This document shows, in pieces, positions 8,188 through 19,097 of a stretch of DNA of 64,000 nt. The stretch covers positions 43,327 to 107,326 of the forward strand of contig CAYHPN010000003.1 of assembly GCA_964358765.1 (NCBI GenBank). Direction: 5' to 3'. Source of the stretch: Candidatus Woesearchaeota archaeon (GTDB lineage Archaea; Nanobdellota; Nanobdellia; Pacearchaeales; GW2011-AR1). Both the position numbers and the translations under genes were made by a program. Numbering within the stretch: the stretch's first letter is position 1; every line of letters begins with the position of its first letter. The notes under the pieces were generated by a model. That model was given only the letters and a program-made list of their open reading frames with translations. It was not told where the DNA came from and did no database searches.

Positions 8188-9713
8188 ATGGGAAAAGAAA
8201 TTAACGACCGGCCCTACATTCTGCAAGCATCTTTAGAAATGGCATCAATACCTACATCTGATGCTCAAAAAGTAGACGCATCTGGATTTAAAAGATTTTA
8301 TTTTGATTCCCAAAGAAAATTGGCTAAGAAAGGAGGTCTTGGAGATGTTGTAACTTCTTTAGCTATTTCGCTTAGGAGTTTAGGAGTAAACATTGGAGTG
8401 GCTCTTCCTAATTGGTCATCCTTATTTGATAAAGAATTAGCTGAGAGGGTGGAGAGAGAGAGGCAGGAGAATTAGAACAAGCGGGAGTTCATCATTGGGA
8501 CAATCATTTATTTCTTATAAAAGATCAAATTTTTGAAAGAGCGTCAAATCTTGAAGACATTTATGGAAAAGACAAGGCGATGCAAAGTTTAATTTTTCAA
8601 AGAGAAGTGCTGAGTAATATAATTCCAAGTTGCAATCCCTCACTAATACAAACTCATGATTGGATGACTGGTTTAATTCCTCCATTAGTTAGTAAAAATA
8701 TCAAGACACTTCACACTGTTCATAATACTCATAGTTTTTATTCAACTCTTGAAGATCTAGAAAATGCAGGTCTTTCTGTGAAGACAGAAAAATTTTATAA
8801 AGATGTTCCTTGGGGAAACATTGTTGATTTTCAAATGAGCGGAATTTATGGTTCTGATCACATTGCTTTAGTAAGTGAAAATTGGCTTGAGGAATTAATT
8901 GAAGGAAAAGGCATAAATGGTTCTCCTAAAGATTTCTGCCAGAATGTTAGAAAAAAAGCCTTAGATGGAAAAGCCAGAGGGATATTAAATGCTCCTGATC
9001 CTTCATATATGCCTGAAATTGATAAATCTCTTGCTGTAAATTTTTCAAATGATAATAATATGTGTCTGGCAAAATTGGAAAATAAAATAAAGTTTCAAAA
9101 TACTTTTGATCTCAATGTAGACTCTTCTTCTGCTCTAATTGTATGGAATAACAGACTTGATGATTATCAAAAAGGGGTGCAACATCTTGACAACGCTCTT
9201 GCAGAATTGATGAGGCTCCACCATAATTTACAAATAGCAATTGTTGCAGATGGCCCATATAAAGAAAAGCTACAGTCAAAAATATCCAAAATAAATGAAG
9301 AATATAATGGAAGGGTAGTTCTTCATCCTTTTAGTGATTATATGGAAAGATTTGGTTACGGTGCAGCAGATGGATTGCTCAACTGCTCTAAATTTGCTCC
9401 ATGTGAAATGGTTCAACTTAAAGGCCCAAAATATGGAGTCATTCCAATCGTAAGAGGTATTGGGGGATTAGTTGACAGTGTATTTCATATTAATGGCAAT
9501 GAAGGAAATGGAATAGTTTTTAATGATTATGATTCAAATGCAATTATTTGGGGAGTAAATAATTTTATGGAGATTTTCAATAATAAACCCAGATTTAAAG
9601 AGACACAAAAAAGAATAAAAAAATATGCAGATAAAAATTTCTCAGTTGAAGCGATGGCTAGAAGATGTATTAATTATTATGAATATATCTTAGATAGAAA
9701 TATTACCGAGTAA
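8188..9713 (+). pseudogene. glgA: Glycogen (starch) synthase GT5 family, interrupted by a frameshift near 8445-8475
   Basis: The N-terminal piece (frame 1) carries KKGGLGDVV. The downstream piece (frame 3) carries AGVHHWDNHLFLIKDQIFER...HTHDWMTGLIPPL. The frame 3 open region begins right after the TGA at 8442 and overlaps the frame 1 stop at 8473-8475, inside a ggagagagagaggcaggagaa tract. Confidence 0.7.
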
Positions 9714-9799
9714 TTAATCATGAGCTATCAAATAGAAAAATAAAGAAGTATAAAGTCTACTTCATACAATTTAAATACCTTTAAGACTAAAAAAAATTT

Positions 9800-10603
9800 A
9801 TGAAGGAAGAAAACATAATAGAAGTAAAAAATCTAACAAAAAATTTTAAAAATATTAAAGCAGTAAATAATATTTCTTTTAGTGTTAAGAAAGGGGAAAT
9901 ATTTGCTTTCCTTGGACCCAATGGAGCAGGGAAATCTACAACGATAAAAATGTTAACAACACTTCTTCATCCAACTTCTGGAGATATAAAAGTTAATAGT
10001 TTTAATCCTTCTAAAAACTCTAACGAGGTGAGAAAATCAATAGGGATTGTATTTCAGGATCCTTCATTAGATAATGAGCTTACAGCTTTAGAAAATTTAG
10101 AATTCCATGCAATTTTATATAAGGTAGAAAAATCAAAAAGAAATGAAATAATTCCAGAGTTATTGAAATTTGTTGGTTTATATGATAGAAAAGATGATTA
10201 TGTGAAGACCTTTTCAGGAGGAATGAAAAGGCGTCTAGAAATTGCCAGAGGTTTAATTCATCATCCGAAAATTCTTTTCCTTGATGAGCCAACTTTAGGA
10301 TTAGATCCACAAACTAGAAATCATTTATGGGAATATGTAAAAAAATACAATAAAAAAGAAAAGATGACTGTTTTTCTTACAACGCATTACATGGAAGAGG
10401 CAGAAAATATTGCAGATACTATCGCAATTATAGATCATGGAAAGATAATAGCAAAAGGCACTGCAAAAGAATTAATGAAATTAACAAAAACTGATTCTTT
10501 AGAAAAGGCTTTTCTTAAATTAACCGAGCATAGAATAAGAGAAGAAGCAGGTTCTGCAAAAGATCGTCTTAAAGATCAAGCAAGAATGTGGGGTAGAAGA
10601 TGA
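9800..10603 (+). CDS. ABC transporter ATP-binding protein
   Basis: Walker A GPNGAGKST, ABC signature FSGGMKRRLEIA, Walker B ILFLDEPT. Confidence 0.85.
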   Translation: MKEENIIEVKNLTKNFKNIKAVNNISFSVKKGEIFAFLGPNGAGKSTTIKMLTTLLHPTSGDIKVNSFNPSKNSNEVRKSIGIVFQDPSLDNELTALENLEFHAILYKVEKSKRNEIIPELLKFVGLYDRKDDYVKTFSGGMKRRLEIARGLIHHPKILFLDEPTLGLDPQTRNHLWEYVKKYNKKEKMTVFLTTHYMEEAENIADTIAIIDHGKIIAKGTAKELMKLTKTDSLEKAFLKLTEHRIREEAGSAKDRLKDQARMWGRR

Positions 10604-10727
10604 AATGTAAATACTTTGTTTTTGATATTTTAAAAAACAGACATAGTACAATTTCTGAAAATTTTGAATTTACTTCAAAATTTAAAGCTAGCATAATTAA
10701 ATTTTTAATGAAAAATTTTGGTGAACT

Positions 10728-11471
10728 ATGAGTGCAATTTATGTTATGTGGCTAAGGCAGATAAAAAGATACTGGAGAAGCAAATCCAGAATGATTGGTG
10801 CCTTAGGACAACCATTATTATTTCTTTTTGCATTAGGTTTAGGATTCGGCCCAATATTTGAGCAAGCAGGTGCAGGCAATTATATTCAATTCCTTGCTCC
10901 TGGAGTAATTGCAATGACTATTCTTTTTACTGCTATGTTTTCAGGCATTGAAGTTATTTGGGAAAGGCAGATTGGATTCATAAAAGAAACCTTGGTAGCT
11001 CCAATAAAAAGATCGCATATTATGATAGGAAGAACTCTTGGAGGAGCAACTATTGCTATATTTCAAGGCTTAATAGTATTTGTTTTTACATTAATTGCTG
11101 GATTTAGACCCAACTTTTCTTCAATTCCTTTAGCTCTCTTATTTATGTTTTTAATTGCATGCTTGTTTACAGCAATAGGAATTGCCTTAGCTTCAAAATT
11201 GGAGGACATGCAAGCATTTCCAATAATAATAAATTTTATAATAATGCCTATTTTCTTCCTCTCAGGTTCAATTTTTCCTTTAGATAGTGCTCCGAAATTT
11301 CTTAAAACTGTTGCACAATTCAACCCTTTAACATATGGAATAGATGGAATTCGAGGTGCATTGACAGGTGCAAATCATTTTTCTATGTTGGGCGATTTTC
11401 TAATTATAGCTATATTAACTTTGATCGCAATTGCACTAGGAAGTTATTTATTTAAGAAAGTTGAGGCTTAG
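10728..11471 (+). CDS. ABC-2 type transporter permease
   Basis: A six-TM 247-aa protein immediately downstream of the ABC ATPase. Confidence 0.75.
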   Translation: MSAIYVMWLRQIKRYWRSKSRMIGALGQPLLFLFALGLGFGPIFEQAGAGNYIQFLAPGVIAMTILFTAMFSGIEVIWERQIGFIKETLVAPIKRSHIMIGRTLGGATIAIFQGLIVFVFTLIAGFRPNFSSIPLALLFMFLIACLFTAIGIALASKLEDMQAFPIIINFIIMPIFFLSGSIFPLDSAPKFLKTVAQFNPLTYGIDGIRGALTGANHFSMLGDFLIIAILTLIAIALGSYLFKKVEA

Positions 11472-11534
11472 AAAGCGTATTTTCAAAAAACAAAACTCTA
11501 TATAATTTAAAAACCCCATTTATCTAAAGAAAAA

Positions 11535-13814
11535 ATGGCAGTTGAATCATTCCTTAATCCTAGCGATGTCAAATTAACTGTTGAAAAGACAGTTAAAAGA
11601 AAACCCTCAATAGCAGAGCTTACAACTATTGAATCTCCTGGCAAACCAACCTCGGCAGATCAATTAGAAGAAAAGCCAAAAAAACCTAAAAAGAAAAGAG
11701 CAATAAAAAAAGAAAGTAATGAACCATCAAGTATAGAATATGATAAGAATACAATTTTAATAATTACAGAAAAACCTCAGGCTGCAGAAAAAATAGCAAA
11801 TTCTTTAGGTAAAACAAGAAAAATTTCTGAAGGAGGAGTATCTTATTTTCAGCTAGAAAGAAATGGAAAAATAATTAGGGTTGCCTCCGCTGTTGGTCAT
11901 TTATTTGGCCTAGATTATAAAGAAGGACAAAAGGGCTGGCCTATTTTTGAAATAGAATGGCGTCCATCTTATGAAAAAGAAAAATCTTTCTTTACAAAAA
12001 AATACTATTCTCTACTCAAAAAACTATCGAGAGATTCTGGGGAGATAGTTTTAGCATGCGACTATGATATAGAAGGGGAAGTCATAGGATGGAACGTCTT
12101 AAGATTTATTTGCCATAGGACTACAGCAAAAAGAATGAAATATTCTACTTTAACAAAAGATGAATTAATTAAATCTTATGAAAATTTAATGCCTAATCCT
12201 GATTGGGGAATGGCTTATGCTGGTGAAACAAGACATATTCTTGATTGGATGTATGGAATAAATCTCTCGAGAGCTTTAATGTCTGCTATAAAAATGGCTG
12301 GTTCATTTAAAATTCTCTCTATCGGAAGAGTGCAGGGACCAGCGTTAAAGATTATAGTAGATAAAGAACATGAAATTTCAAAATTTATTTCAGAACCCTA
12401 CTGGCAAGTTCTAGCTATGATAAATGGGCATGAATTCAAACATTCCAAAGATATTTTTGATAAATCGCAATTAGATAAATTCAAAAATATTAAAGAAGGT
12501 CATGGAGAAACCAAAGAAAATAATGAAAATATTCTTCCACCACATCCTTTTGATCTTACAACTTTACAAAGAGAGGCATATAACTTGCATAAAATAAGCC
12601 CTTCTCAATCTCTCTCAATTGCTCAAAAACTCTATCTTCAAGGATTAATTTCTTATCCAAGAACTTCATCCCAAAAAATACCCGATAGTATTGAACCAAA
12701 AAAGATATTAAAAAGTTTAGAAAAGAATTTTTCACTTGCAAAGGAAATTACACGTTCCTCTCCAGTTGAAGGAAAAAAATCTGATCCTGCACACCCTTCA
12801 ATTTATCCAACAGGAGAATTTGCTATACTAGAAGATCAAGAAAAAAAACTCTATGAATTAATTGTAAAACGTTTTATTAGCGTTTTTTCTGCGGATGCCG
12901 AAGTATTGAATAAAAAAGTAAATGTTAAAGCAAAGAATGATCCGAATATTGAATTTAGAGCGTCTGGATTAAAAATATTAAAAGAAGGATGGTCAAAAGT
13001 TTACCCTTCATTTCTAGAAGAAAGCAATGTTCCAACATTAAACGGCATTGTTAAAATAGATGAAATAAAATTCTTGGATAAAATGACACAACCACCTAAA
13101 AGATATACTCCTGCTTCATTAATAACATTGTTAGAAAAGATTAATCTTGGTACGAAAGCTACAAGATCTTCTATTGTGGATACATTATTTGATAGAGGAT
13201 ATTTAGATGGAAAAAGTATAGAAGCTACACCGTTAGGGATAAAATTAATAGAATCTTTAGAAAAATATTCTCCAATTATAATTGATGAAAATTTAACACG
13301 AGTTTTAGAAGACGAAATGGAAAAAATTCAAGATAGTAAATCTGATTTAGAAAAAATGGAAAAAATTGTAATTGAAAGAGCAAAGAAAATAATTATTGAC
13401 ATCTCAAAAGAATTTAAGGTCAATGAAAAAAAGATAGGAGAAGAAATACTTAAAGGTATCCAAGTGCAAAGAGAAATACAACAGCAAAATAATATTCTTA
13501 CTCCTTGCACACTATGCAAAAAAGGAAATTTAAGACTAATGTTTTCTCCAAAATTGAGGAGATCTTTTGTTGGATGTTCAAATTATCCAGAATGCAAGAA
13601 TACATTTTCTCTTCCCCCCAATTCATTAATTAAAAAATCAGATAAATTCTGTGAAGAATGCAAATTTCCTAAACTTCTTTCGATTAAAAAAGGCAAACGT
13701 CCTTGGGAATTTTGTTTTAATAAAGACTGTGTTATTAATAAGCAGCGTTTAGAAGAATGGAAGCAGAAGCAAGCTCAAACTCAGCCCCAGGTTTCAGAGT
13801 CTAATGAGAGTTAA
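11535..13814 (+). CDS. topA: DNA topoisomerase I (type IA) with C-terminal zinc ribbons and a K-rich N-terminal extension
   Basis: Toprim ILIITEKPQAAEKIA, a type IA core (GxxxLSIGRVQGPAL, LISYPRTSSQ), and C-terminal CTLCKKG...CSNYPECK and CEECKFP Zn fingers. Confidence 0.85.
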   Translation: MAVESFLNPSDVKLTVEKTVKRKPSIAELTTIESPGKPTSADQLEEKPKKPKKKRAIKKESNEPSSIEYDKNTILIITEKPQAAEKIANSLGKTRKISEGGVSYFQLERNGKIIRVASAVGHLFGLDYKEGQKGWPIFEIEWRPSYEKEKSFFTKKYYSLLKKLSRDSGEIVLACDYDIEGEVIGWNVLRFICHRTTAKRMKYSTLTKDELIKSYENLMPNPDWGMAYAGETRHILDWMYGINLSRALMSAIKMAGSFKILSIGRVQGPALKIIVDKEHEISKFISEPYWQVLAMINGHEFKHSKDIFDKSQLDKFKNIKEGHGETKENNENILPPHPFDLTTLQREAYNLHKISPSQSLSIAQKLYLQGLISYPRTSSQKIPDSIEPKKILKSLEKNFSLAKEITRSSPVEGKKSDPAHPSIYPTGEFAILEDQEKKLYELIVKRFISVFSADAEVLNKKVNVKAKNDPNIEFRASGLKILKEGWSKVYPSFLEESNVPTLNGIVKIDEIKFLDKMTQPPKRYTPASLITLLEKINLGTKATRSSIVDTLFDRGYLDGKSIEATPLGIKLIESLEKYSPIIIDENLTRVLEDEMEKIQDSKSDLEKMEKIVIERAKKIIIDISKEFKVNEKKIGEEILKGIQVQREIQQQNNILTPCTLCKKGNLRLMFSPKLRRSFVGCSNYPECKNTFSLPPNSLIKKSDKFCEECKFPKLLSIKKGKRPWEFCFNKDCVINKQRLEEWKQKQAQTQPQVSESNES

Positions 13815-14914
13815 CCATTCAAAGATAATTCAGAATCTCCGCTAATGATTAAATCAATTAAATTTGATTTTTTACTTGTAAGATGACTTGTTTGCTTTAA
13901 CCAGTCACCAAAAGTTTGGTCTATTTGTATAAAGGTTCCTATTTGCTCATTTTCTCGGCTCATGATAGGAGTTGAATAGATAGTGCCGTAATGTTCTTTC
14001 CCAGTATTGTCTTTATATTTTATTTTACTTCTATCTCTTCCATCTTTAATGGAACAGGCAATATAAGGAACCTTAATTTTATACAAATCATTTTCATTCA
14101 TCCCATTAACTTCTAAAAATCTGGGTGTAGCATATATGGGTTCTAATCTTCTATTTAAGATGATACCAACAGTTTTGGATAGTGATGTTTTTTGTCCTAG
14201 TTCTTTAAATAAAAATGAAGCAAACCCATAGCTATCTTCAGTAATTTCTTTTTTATTTCTTTCTAAAGCTCCTTGTAAGAAAACTTGCTGTTTTTCAGCA
14301 ACGTCCGCTCTTCTAAGATGATTATCTATAGACTTTCCAAGAGCCTCTTCATATAATTTAAGGTCTTCTCTATAACCCAAAGTTAATTCTATTTGTTTTT
14401 TTTCAAAATCTCTGATTAAATCATTTTCTTTTTTGTTTACTCTTTCTTCAAATCTATTCTCAAGAATTCTTGCTCTTTCTCTAGATAATTTTAAATATTC
14501 AACAGCGGTTTGGATATGCCTTTGATAAAATAACTTAGTATCTTTAATTTGTGCATTTAATTTAGTTTCTCTTTCTTTAGATTCCCCTATTTCACTAACT
14601 AATCTTTCGTTTTCTCCACTTAATCTATCTCTATCTAAATTTGTTTCATTTAATGCTCTTTCATTACTTTCGTATCTATTTTGATAATCTTTTGATATGC
14701 CAGTTGTTAATTCAGTATCTACTTTTGCTACCACTAATCTTCTTTCCAGTTCACTATTTGAATCAACTAATCCAGAGATTCTTAGCTCATAAAAATCTCT
14801 TTCTCTTTTCCTATCATCTTCAACTATATCGCTTGGTAAAGCATTAGCTACCCATTTAACAATATTATATTTTCTTGCAAATTTGTTATCTAATATCCAT
14901 CTTAATATTCCCAT
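13811..14914 (-). CDS. Coiled-coil protein, hypothetical
   Basis: Long heptad-like E/K/R-rich helices followed by a C-terminal globular region. No motif recognised. Confidence 0.35.
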   Translation of the reverse strand: MGILRWILDNKFARKYNIVKWVANALPSDIVEDDRKRERDFYELRISGLVDSNSELERRLVVAKVDTELTTGISKDYQNRYESNERALNETNLDRDRLSGENERLVSEIGESKERETKLNAQIKDTKLFYQRHIQTAVEYLKLSRERARILENRFEERVNKKENDLIRDFEKKQIELTLGYREDLKLYEEALGKSIDNHLRRADVAEKQQVFLQGALERNKKEITEDSYGFASFLFKELGQKTSLSKTVGIILNRRLEPIYATPRFLEVNGMNENDLYKIKVPYIACSIKDGRDRSKIKYKDNTGKEHYGTIYSTPIMSRENEQIGTFIQIDQTFGDWLKQTSHLTSKKSNLIDLIISGDSELSLNG

Positions 14915-14974
14915 TTTTCTTTAAAATTTAGAAATAATCTCATTTATTAACCTTTCTCATTATCTAAAATATAC

Positions 14975-15421
14975 TTAGAAATCAAGATAGAAGCGGATAC
15001 TATCATAATTTTTTTTCTCATCCATCTTTAAAGATCTATTTACTGAAATACATGGCAAGTTATTGATGCTGACGTCTGAGAATATTCTCTTAACATTTTC
15101 TTCTTTTATACATTCAATGACTTTCTTTTTAAACTCTTTATAATGTCCTTTATTTCTATAATCACTTAAAATATAAGCATCGTGAATCTCTGCTTCTTCG
15201 CCTTCAACTTTGAGTCCTTTTAGAAACTGCCTTTTATATACATAAATATAACCAAATAATTTTTTATCTATTAAAGAGAGAAAAAATAAATTCTTTTCAT
15301 CTAAACTTGACATAACTTCTTTATTGTAATAAGGCTTATTTTCTTCAATTTCTCTTTTCATAATAAGAGACAGAAAATCTTCTAAATCTGAATTATTATA
15401 TTTTTTTATAATTAAAGCCAT
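14975..15421 (-). CDS. Hypothetical protein, possibly a GNAT-type acetyltransferase
   Basis: The size is right for GNAT and there is a weak resemblance to its fold pattern. This call is uncertain. Confidence 0.25.
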   Translation of the reverse strand: MALIIKKYNNSDLEDFLSLIMKREIEENKPYYNKEVMSSLDEKNLFFLSLIDKKLFGYIYVYKRQFLKGLKVEGEEAEIHDAYILSDYRNKGHYKEFKKKVIECIKEENVKRIFSDVSINNLPCISVNRSLKMDEKKNYDSIRFYLDF

Positions 15422-15429
15422 ATTAAGAA

Positions 15430-16005
15430 TTACTTGCCTTTTCTATTCCAAGATCTTAGAGAAGGTCTTACTTTAAGATTGTGACTCTTACTTCTTAAGC
15501 CTCTAGATTTTCTTGCAGCTGAAGTTAATCCTCTTTCTGCTCTTCCTTTATTTTGTTCTTTAGCAATCCAATTCAATATTTTATCGTTTTTTATTTCTGG
15601 CCTTTGAGGATCTACCATTATAACTTCAAAATAATAATATTTTCCGTCTTTTCCAATCCAGTAGGAATTTAAAATTTCTAAATTATTGTGTTTTCTGGAA
15701 GCTCTTATTTCAGCAACCCAACGATAACTCATCTTTAGTGTTTTTCTATTTGTCTGTTTCCTTGATTTTCTTCCTTTGACTCCCATTCTTGTTCTTTTTC
15801 TTCCTCCCCTCTTAACTCTTACCCTATAAACTATAATTCCTTTCTTTGCCTTATATCCAAGCATTCTAGCCTTGTCTAGTCTAAGAGGCTTCTCTACTTG
15901 TACGACAGAATCAGAAGCTCTCCATTCAACCATTCTAAGTCTTAAAGTTTCTTTATCGGGTTTTTTCCATGCCTGCTTAATATAGTGATACATTCCTTGT
16001 GTCAT
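15430..16005 (-). CDS. rpl15e: 50S ribosomal protein L15e
   Basis: MTQGMYHYIKQAWKKPDKE...RLRMVEWR...RVKRGGRKRTRMGVKGRKSRK is the canonical L15e sequence. Confidence 0.9.
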   Translation of the reverse strand: MTQGMYHYIKQAWKKPDKETLRLRMVEWRASDSVVQVEKPLRLDKARMLGYKAKKGIIVYRVRVKRGGRKRTRMGVKGRKSRKQTNRKTLKMSYRWVAEIRASRKHNNLEILNSYWIGKDGKYYYFEVIMVDPQRPEIKNDKILNWIAKEQNKGRAERGLTSAARKSRGLRSKSHNLKVRPSLRSWNRKGK

Positions 16006-16380
16006 TTTTAATTCAGATAAAAGTGGTTTTTAAATCTTCCCACGAATTATTTCATTGCGTAGAAATCGTTAAATACTCTAAATTCTAACAATACACATGG
16101 TGGCATCATTAGACACACCTTTTGAAACAGATATTAGAGTTCTTCTCAGACATTCAGATAGAAAATTGCCTTCCCTAAAAACAATAAAACCATATAACGT
16201 ATGGGAAGATTCTGATTCAGAAGAAAGGGAAGAAATAAGCAGATATTGGGGTAGATCAATGGGTTACAACGCAGAATTTGATAATTATGCTACAATAAAT
16301 TGAAACTAATTTTTTTATTATAATTTCATAGATAAAACTTATCCACTAACATTTTTATACCCCTCAAGGTTTGATTTTTA

Positions 16381-17835
16381 ATGAAAAACAAAAATACGTT
16401 TTATGTTACAACTCCAATATATTATCCTAATGATGTTCCTCATTTAGGGCATGCGTACACGACTATAGCGGCAGATATAATGGCAAGATGGTATAAACTC
16501 TTAGGAAAGAATGTTTTCTTTCTTACTGGAACTGATGAACATGGAAAGAAAATTGCAAAAGTAGCTGAAAAAGCAGGTCAAACTCCGAAAGAATTTACTG
16601 ATAGTTTAATTCCAAAATTTAAAGAAGACTGGGAAAAATTAAACATTCAATATGATAGATTTATCAGAACAACAGATAAAGACCATGAAAATGTAGTTGC
16701 GCACATTTTACAGCAAACGTTTGATGCGGGAGATATTTATAAGGGCGTATATGAAGGCCTATATTGTACAGATTGCGAAGCATATTACACTGAGAAAGAT
16801 GCTCCGACAATACAGTGTCCAATTCATAAGAGGCCTTTAGAAAATTTAAAAGAAGAATCTTATTTCTTTAAACTCTCAAAATATCAAAATTATCTTTTAG
16901 AGTTATACGAAAAAAATCCTGGGTTTATCTCTCCTCCAAAAAGAAGACAAGAAATAATTAATCGTGTTAAGGAGGGACTAAAAGATTTCAGTATCTCTAG
17001 AACTTCTTTTAATTGGGGGATTCCTTTACCCTTTGATAAAAAACATTATTGCTATGTCTGGTATGATGCACTCATCAACTATATTTCAGGATTAGGTTAT
17101 TTAGAAAACAAAAATATGTTTAAAAAATTCTGGCCTGCCCAGGTTCATTTGATCGGAAAAGATATTCTCTGGTTTCACTCAGTATATTGGCCAGCAATGT
17201 TAAAAAGCGTCGGAATTGAAATGCCTAAAGTAGTTTTTGCTCATGGTTTTTGGACAATCAATGATGAAAAAATAGGAAAGTCCGCAGGGAATGCAATAAA
17301 AATCGATAAATTACTCAGTTACGCAGGAGCAGACACAGTTCGTTATGCATTATTTAGAATCGCTCCTTTTGGAGATGATGGAGATTTCTCTGAAAGCGCA
17401 CTCATTGAACGCCATAATAATGAACTGGCAAATAAACTAGGAAATTTAGTCAGCAGAGTTTCTACACTAGCGGAAAAATATGGAGTGGAGAAAACAGAAA
17501 TAAAAGATATATTATTCAAAAAAGTTTACAAATCAGTAGAAAAGCACTTTGAGAATCTGGAATTTGACAAAGCACTCAACGAAATTTTCGGCTTTATCGA
17601 TCAATGCAACGAATATATTCAAGATAAAAAGCCTTGGGAAAGTAAAGACACTAAAATTCTCTATGAATTAGCAAATGCAATTAAAGACTTTACAATTATT
17701 TTGTCTCCTTTTATACCTCAAACTTGTGAGAAAATTGCAAAGACTTTTAATTTTGAGATATCTATTAAATCTCTAGACCATCCTTTGAAAGTCAGCAAGA
17801 TTTCCAAGTCAGAGATATTATTTAAGAAGATTTAG
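16381..17835 (+). CDS. metG: Methionyl-tRNA synthetase (short form)
   Basis: HIGH motif PHLGHAYT, Zn knuckle CTDCEAYY..CPIHKRP, KMSKS-like EKIGKSAGN, and the MetRS anticodon-binding region. Confidence 0.9.
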   Translation: MKNKNTFYVTTPIYYPNDVPHLGHAYTTIAADIMARWYKLLGKNVFFLTGTDEHGKKIAKVAEKAGQTPKEFTDSLIPKFKEDWEKLNIQYDRFIRTTDKDHENVVAHILQQTFDAGDIYKGVYEGLYCTDCEAYYTEKDAPTIQCPIHKRPLENLKEESYFFKLSKYQNYLLELYEKNPGFISPPKRRQEIINRVKEGLKDFSISRTSFNWGIPLPFDKKHYCYVWYDALINYISGLGYLENKNMFKKFWPAQVHLIGKDILWFHSVYWPAMLKSVGIEMPKVVFAHGFWTINDEKIGKSAGNAIKIDKLLSYAGADTVRYALFRIAPFGDDGDFSESALIERHNNELANKLGNLVSRVSTLAEKYGVEKTEIKDILFKKVYKSVEKHFENLEFDKALNEIFGFIDQCNEYIQDKKPWESKDTKILYELANAIKDFTIILSPFIPQTCEKIAKTFNFEISIKSLDHPLKVSKISKSEILFKKI

Positions 17836-17839
17836 CATT

Positions 17840-18205
17840 TCATTTTTTAACAAATTCTACATTCTCAAAAGACTTAAATCCCTCATCTCCTGTTAAAAAT
17901 TTTACTTTTGATCTTTTTGCAACAATATAACCAACTACATCAGGTATTGAAAGATCTTTATATTGTATTTTTAAATCCATAGCATTAATAATATCATCCC
18001 ACAAAATTCTTACAGTACATTGCTTAAATTTTTTTGTAAAAAAATCTGCTATTTTTTTTGAATGTAATTTTTTTAAATTATAATTCAATTCTGCAATATT
18101 AAATGCCGTAGTAATTGCTTTGGAATCAGTATATTTTTCATATTTCGGATTTCCTCTAATTATCTCGAATAATGCATAAGTGTCAAAGAAATATGTTTCA
18201 CTCAT
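17840..18205 (-). CDS. vapC: PIN-domain toxin (VapC)
   Basis: The N-terminal YFFDTYALFE acidic-residue motif and the C-terminal FLTGDEGF are typical of PIN nucleases. It directly follows a small AbrB-type gene. Confidence 0.7.
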   Translation of the reverse strand: MSETYFFDTYALFEIIRGNPKYEKYTDSKAITTAFNIAELNYNLKKLHSKKIADFFTKKFKQCTVRILWDDIINAMDLKIQYKDLSIPDVVGYIVAKRSKVKFLTGDEGFKSFENVEFVKK

Positions 18206-18419
18206 CCCAGCTTTCTTTATCCCCTTCTTTTAATATTTCCTCAGTTGAACGTTTAAACTTTAATTTACCAAAAGTTTCCTTTAATGGATTTTTTTTCTTA
18301 GTAATCTTAAGTTCAAGAGTCTCATTCTCGATTAAATCAGCTTCTCTAACTTTTTCCATTGGTATAACCACTCCAAATGATCTTCCCCAACGCTTTAATT
18401 GAGCTTCTACTTCTATCAT
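18198..18419 (-). CDS. vapB: AbrB/SpoVT-type antitoxin (VapB)
   Basis: RWGRSFGVVIPMEKVREADL matches the swapped-hairpin AbrB/MazE DNA-binding motif. The stop overlaps the vapC start by 8 nt. Confidence 0.65.
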   Translation of the reverse strand: MIEVEAQLKRWGRSFGVVIPMEKVREADLIENETLELKITKKKNPLKETFGKLKFKRSTEEILKEGDKESWDE

Positions 18420-18467
18420 GATTATATTGATATAACCAAATATTTAAAGTCTTCTATTTTAACAAAT

Positions 18468-19097
18468 TTAATCCCTCAATTTCTCTATTGATCTCTTCAG
18501 ATTTTCCTTTGCTCTATCTTGATACTTATCCCTAAAATATTCCGTATGATAAATATTTTTCCTGGATAAAAATCCTTCAAGTATCTCTCTTCTCCCTTTT
18601 CTGTAGTCTTTTTCTTCCACCCAAGAATATTCTTTTTTGATATTTTCCTCATATTCATCAAATTCTTCCTCGCTCTTTCCAAATATCGATAAATCAATAT
18701 CCACAATTATCTTTCCATCATTTGTTTTTGGAGTTTGGATATGTTTTGTATCCAAAGTCCAAATTCTGCATTTATCTCCAATACTTTCAAATAATCCATA
18801 TTTTATTAATTCGTCACTGAGTTTTTCCCAGCTCTTTTCCTCATTATCTTTTTTCCTAGAATTATACTCATAATCATGATGCCACCACACTAATTCCAAA
18901 GGTTTTGGATATTCTACTATTCCGACACGATTTGCAAAGTCAAGTTCAACTAATCCATTTCCAATATGATTCAGTACATGATAAAATCTTCCTTGTGCAT
19001 TATAATATCTTTCTAAGCCTTCAAAAGATGGAGCCGTTCTTTGAGAAATACCTAAACTATCCCATAATAATTTCCATCTTTGCTCCAATTTAATCAT
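18468..19097 (-). CDS. HD-superfamily metal-dependent phosphohydrolase (COG4339-like)
   Basis: RWKLLWDSLG...YYNAQGRFYHVLNHI...WWHHDYEY...DIDLSIFG resembles the small HD family often mislabelled NMDA-receptor-like. Confidence 0.5.
   Translation of the reverse strand: MIKLEQRWKLLWDSLGISQRTAPSFEGLERYYNAQGRFYHVLNHIGNGLVELDFANRVGIVEYPKPLELVWWHHDYEYNSRKKDNEEKSWEKLSDELIKYGLFESIGDKCRIWTLDTKHIQTPKTNDGKIIVDIDLSIFGKSEEEFDEYEENIKKEYSWVEEKDYRKGRREILEGFLSRKNIYHTEYFRDKYQDRAKENLKRSIEKLRD

Noticed and set aside
16097-16303. 68-aa ORF in the divergent intergenic region between rpl15e and metG
   Set aside because: No recognisable motif or RBS. It may be real but there is no support from sequence alone, so it is left unannotated.
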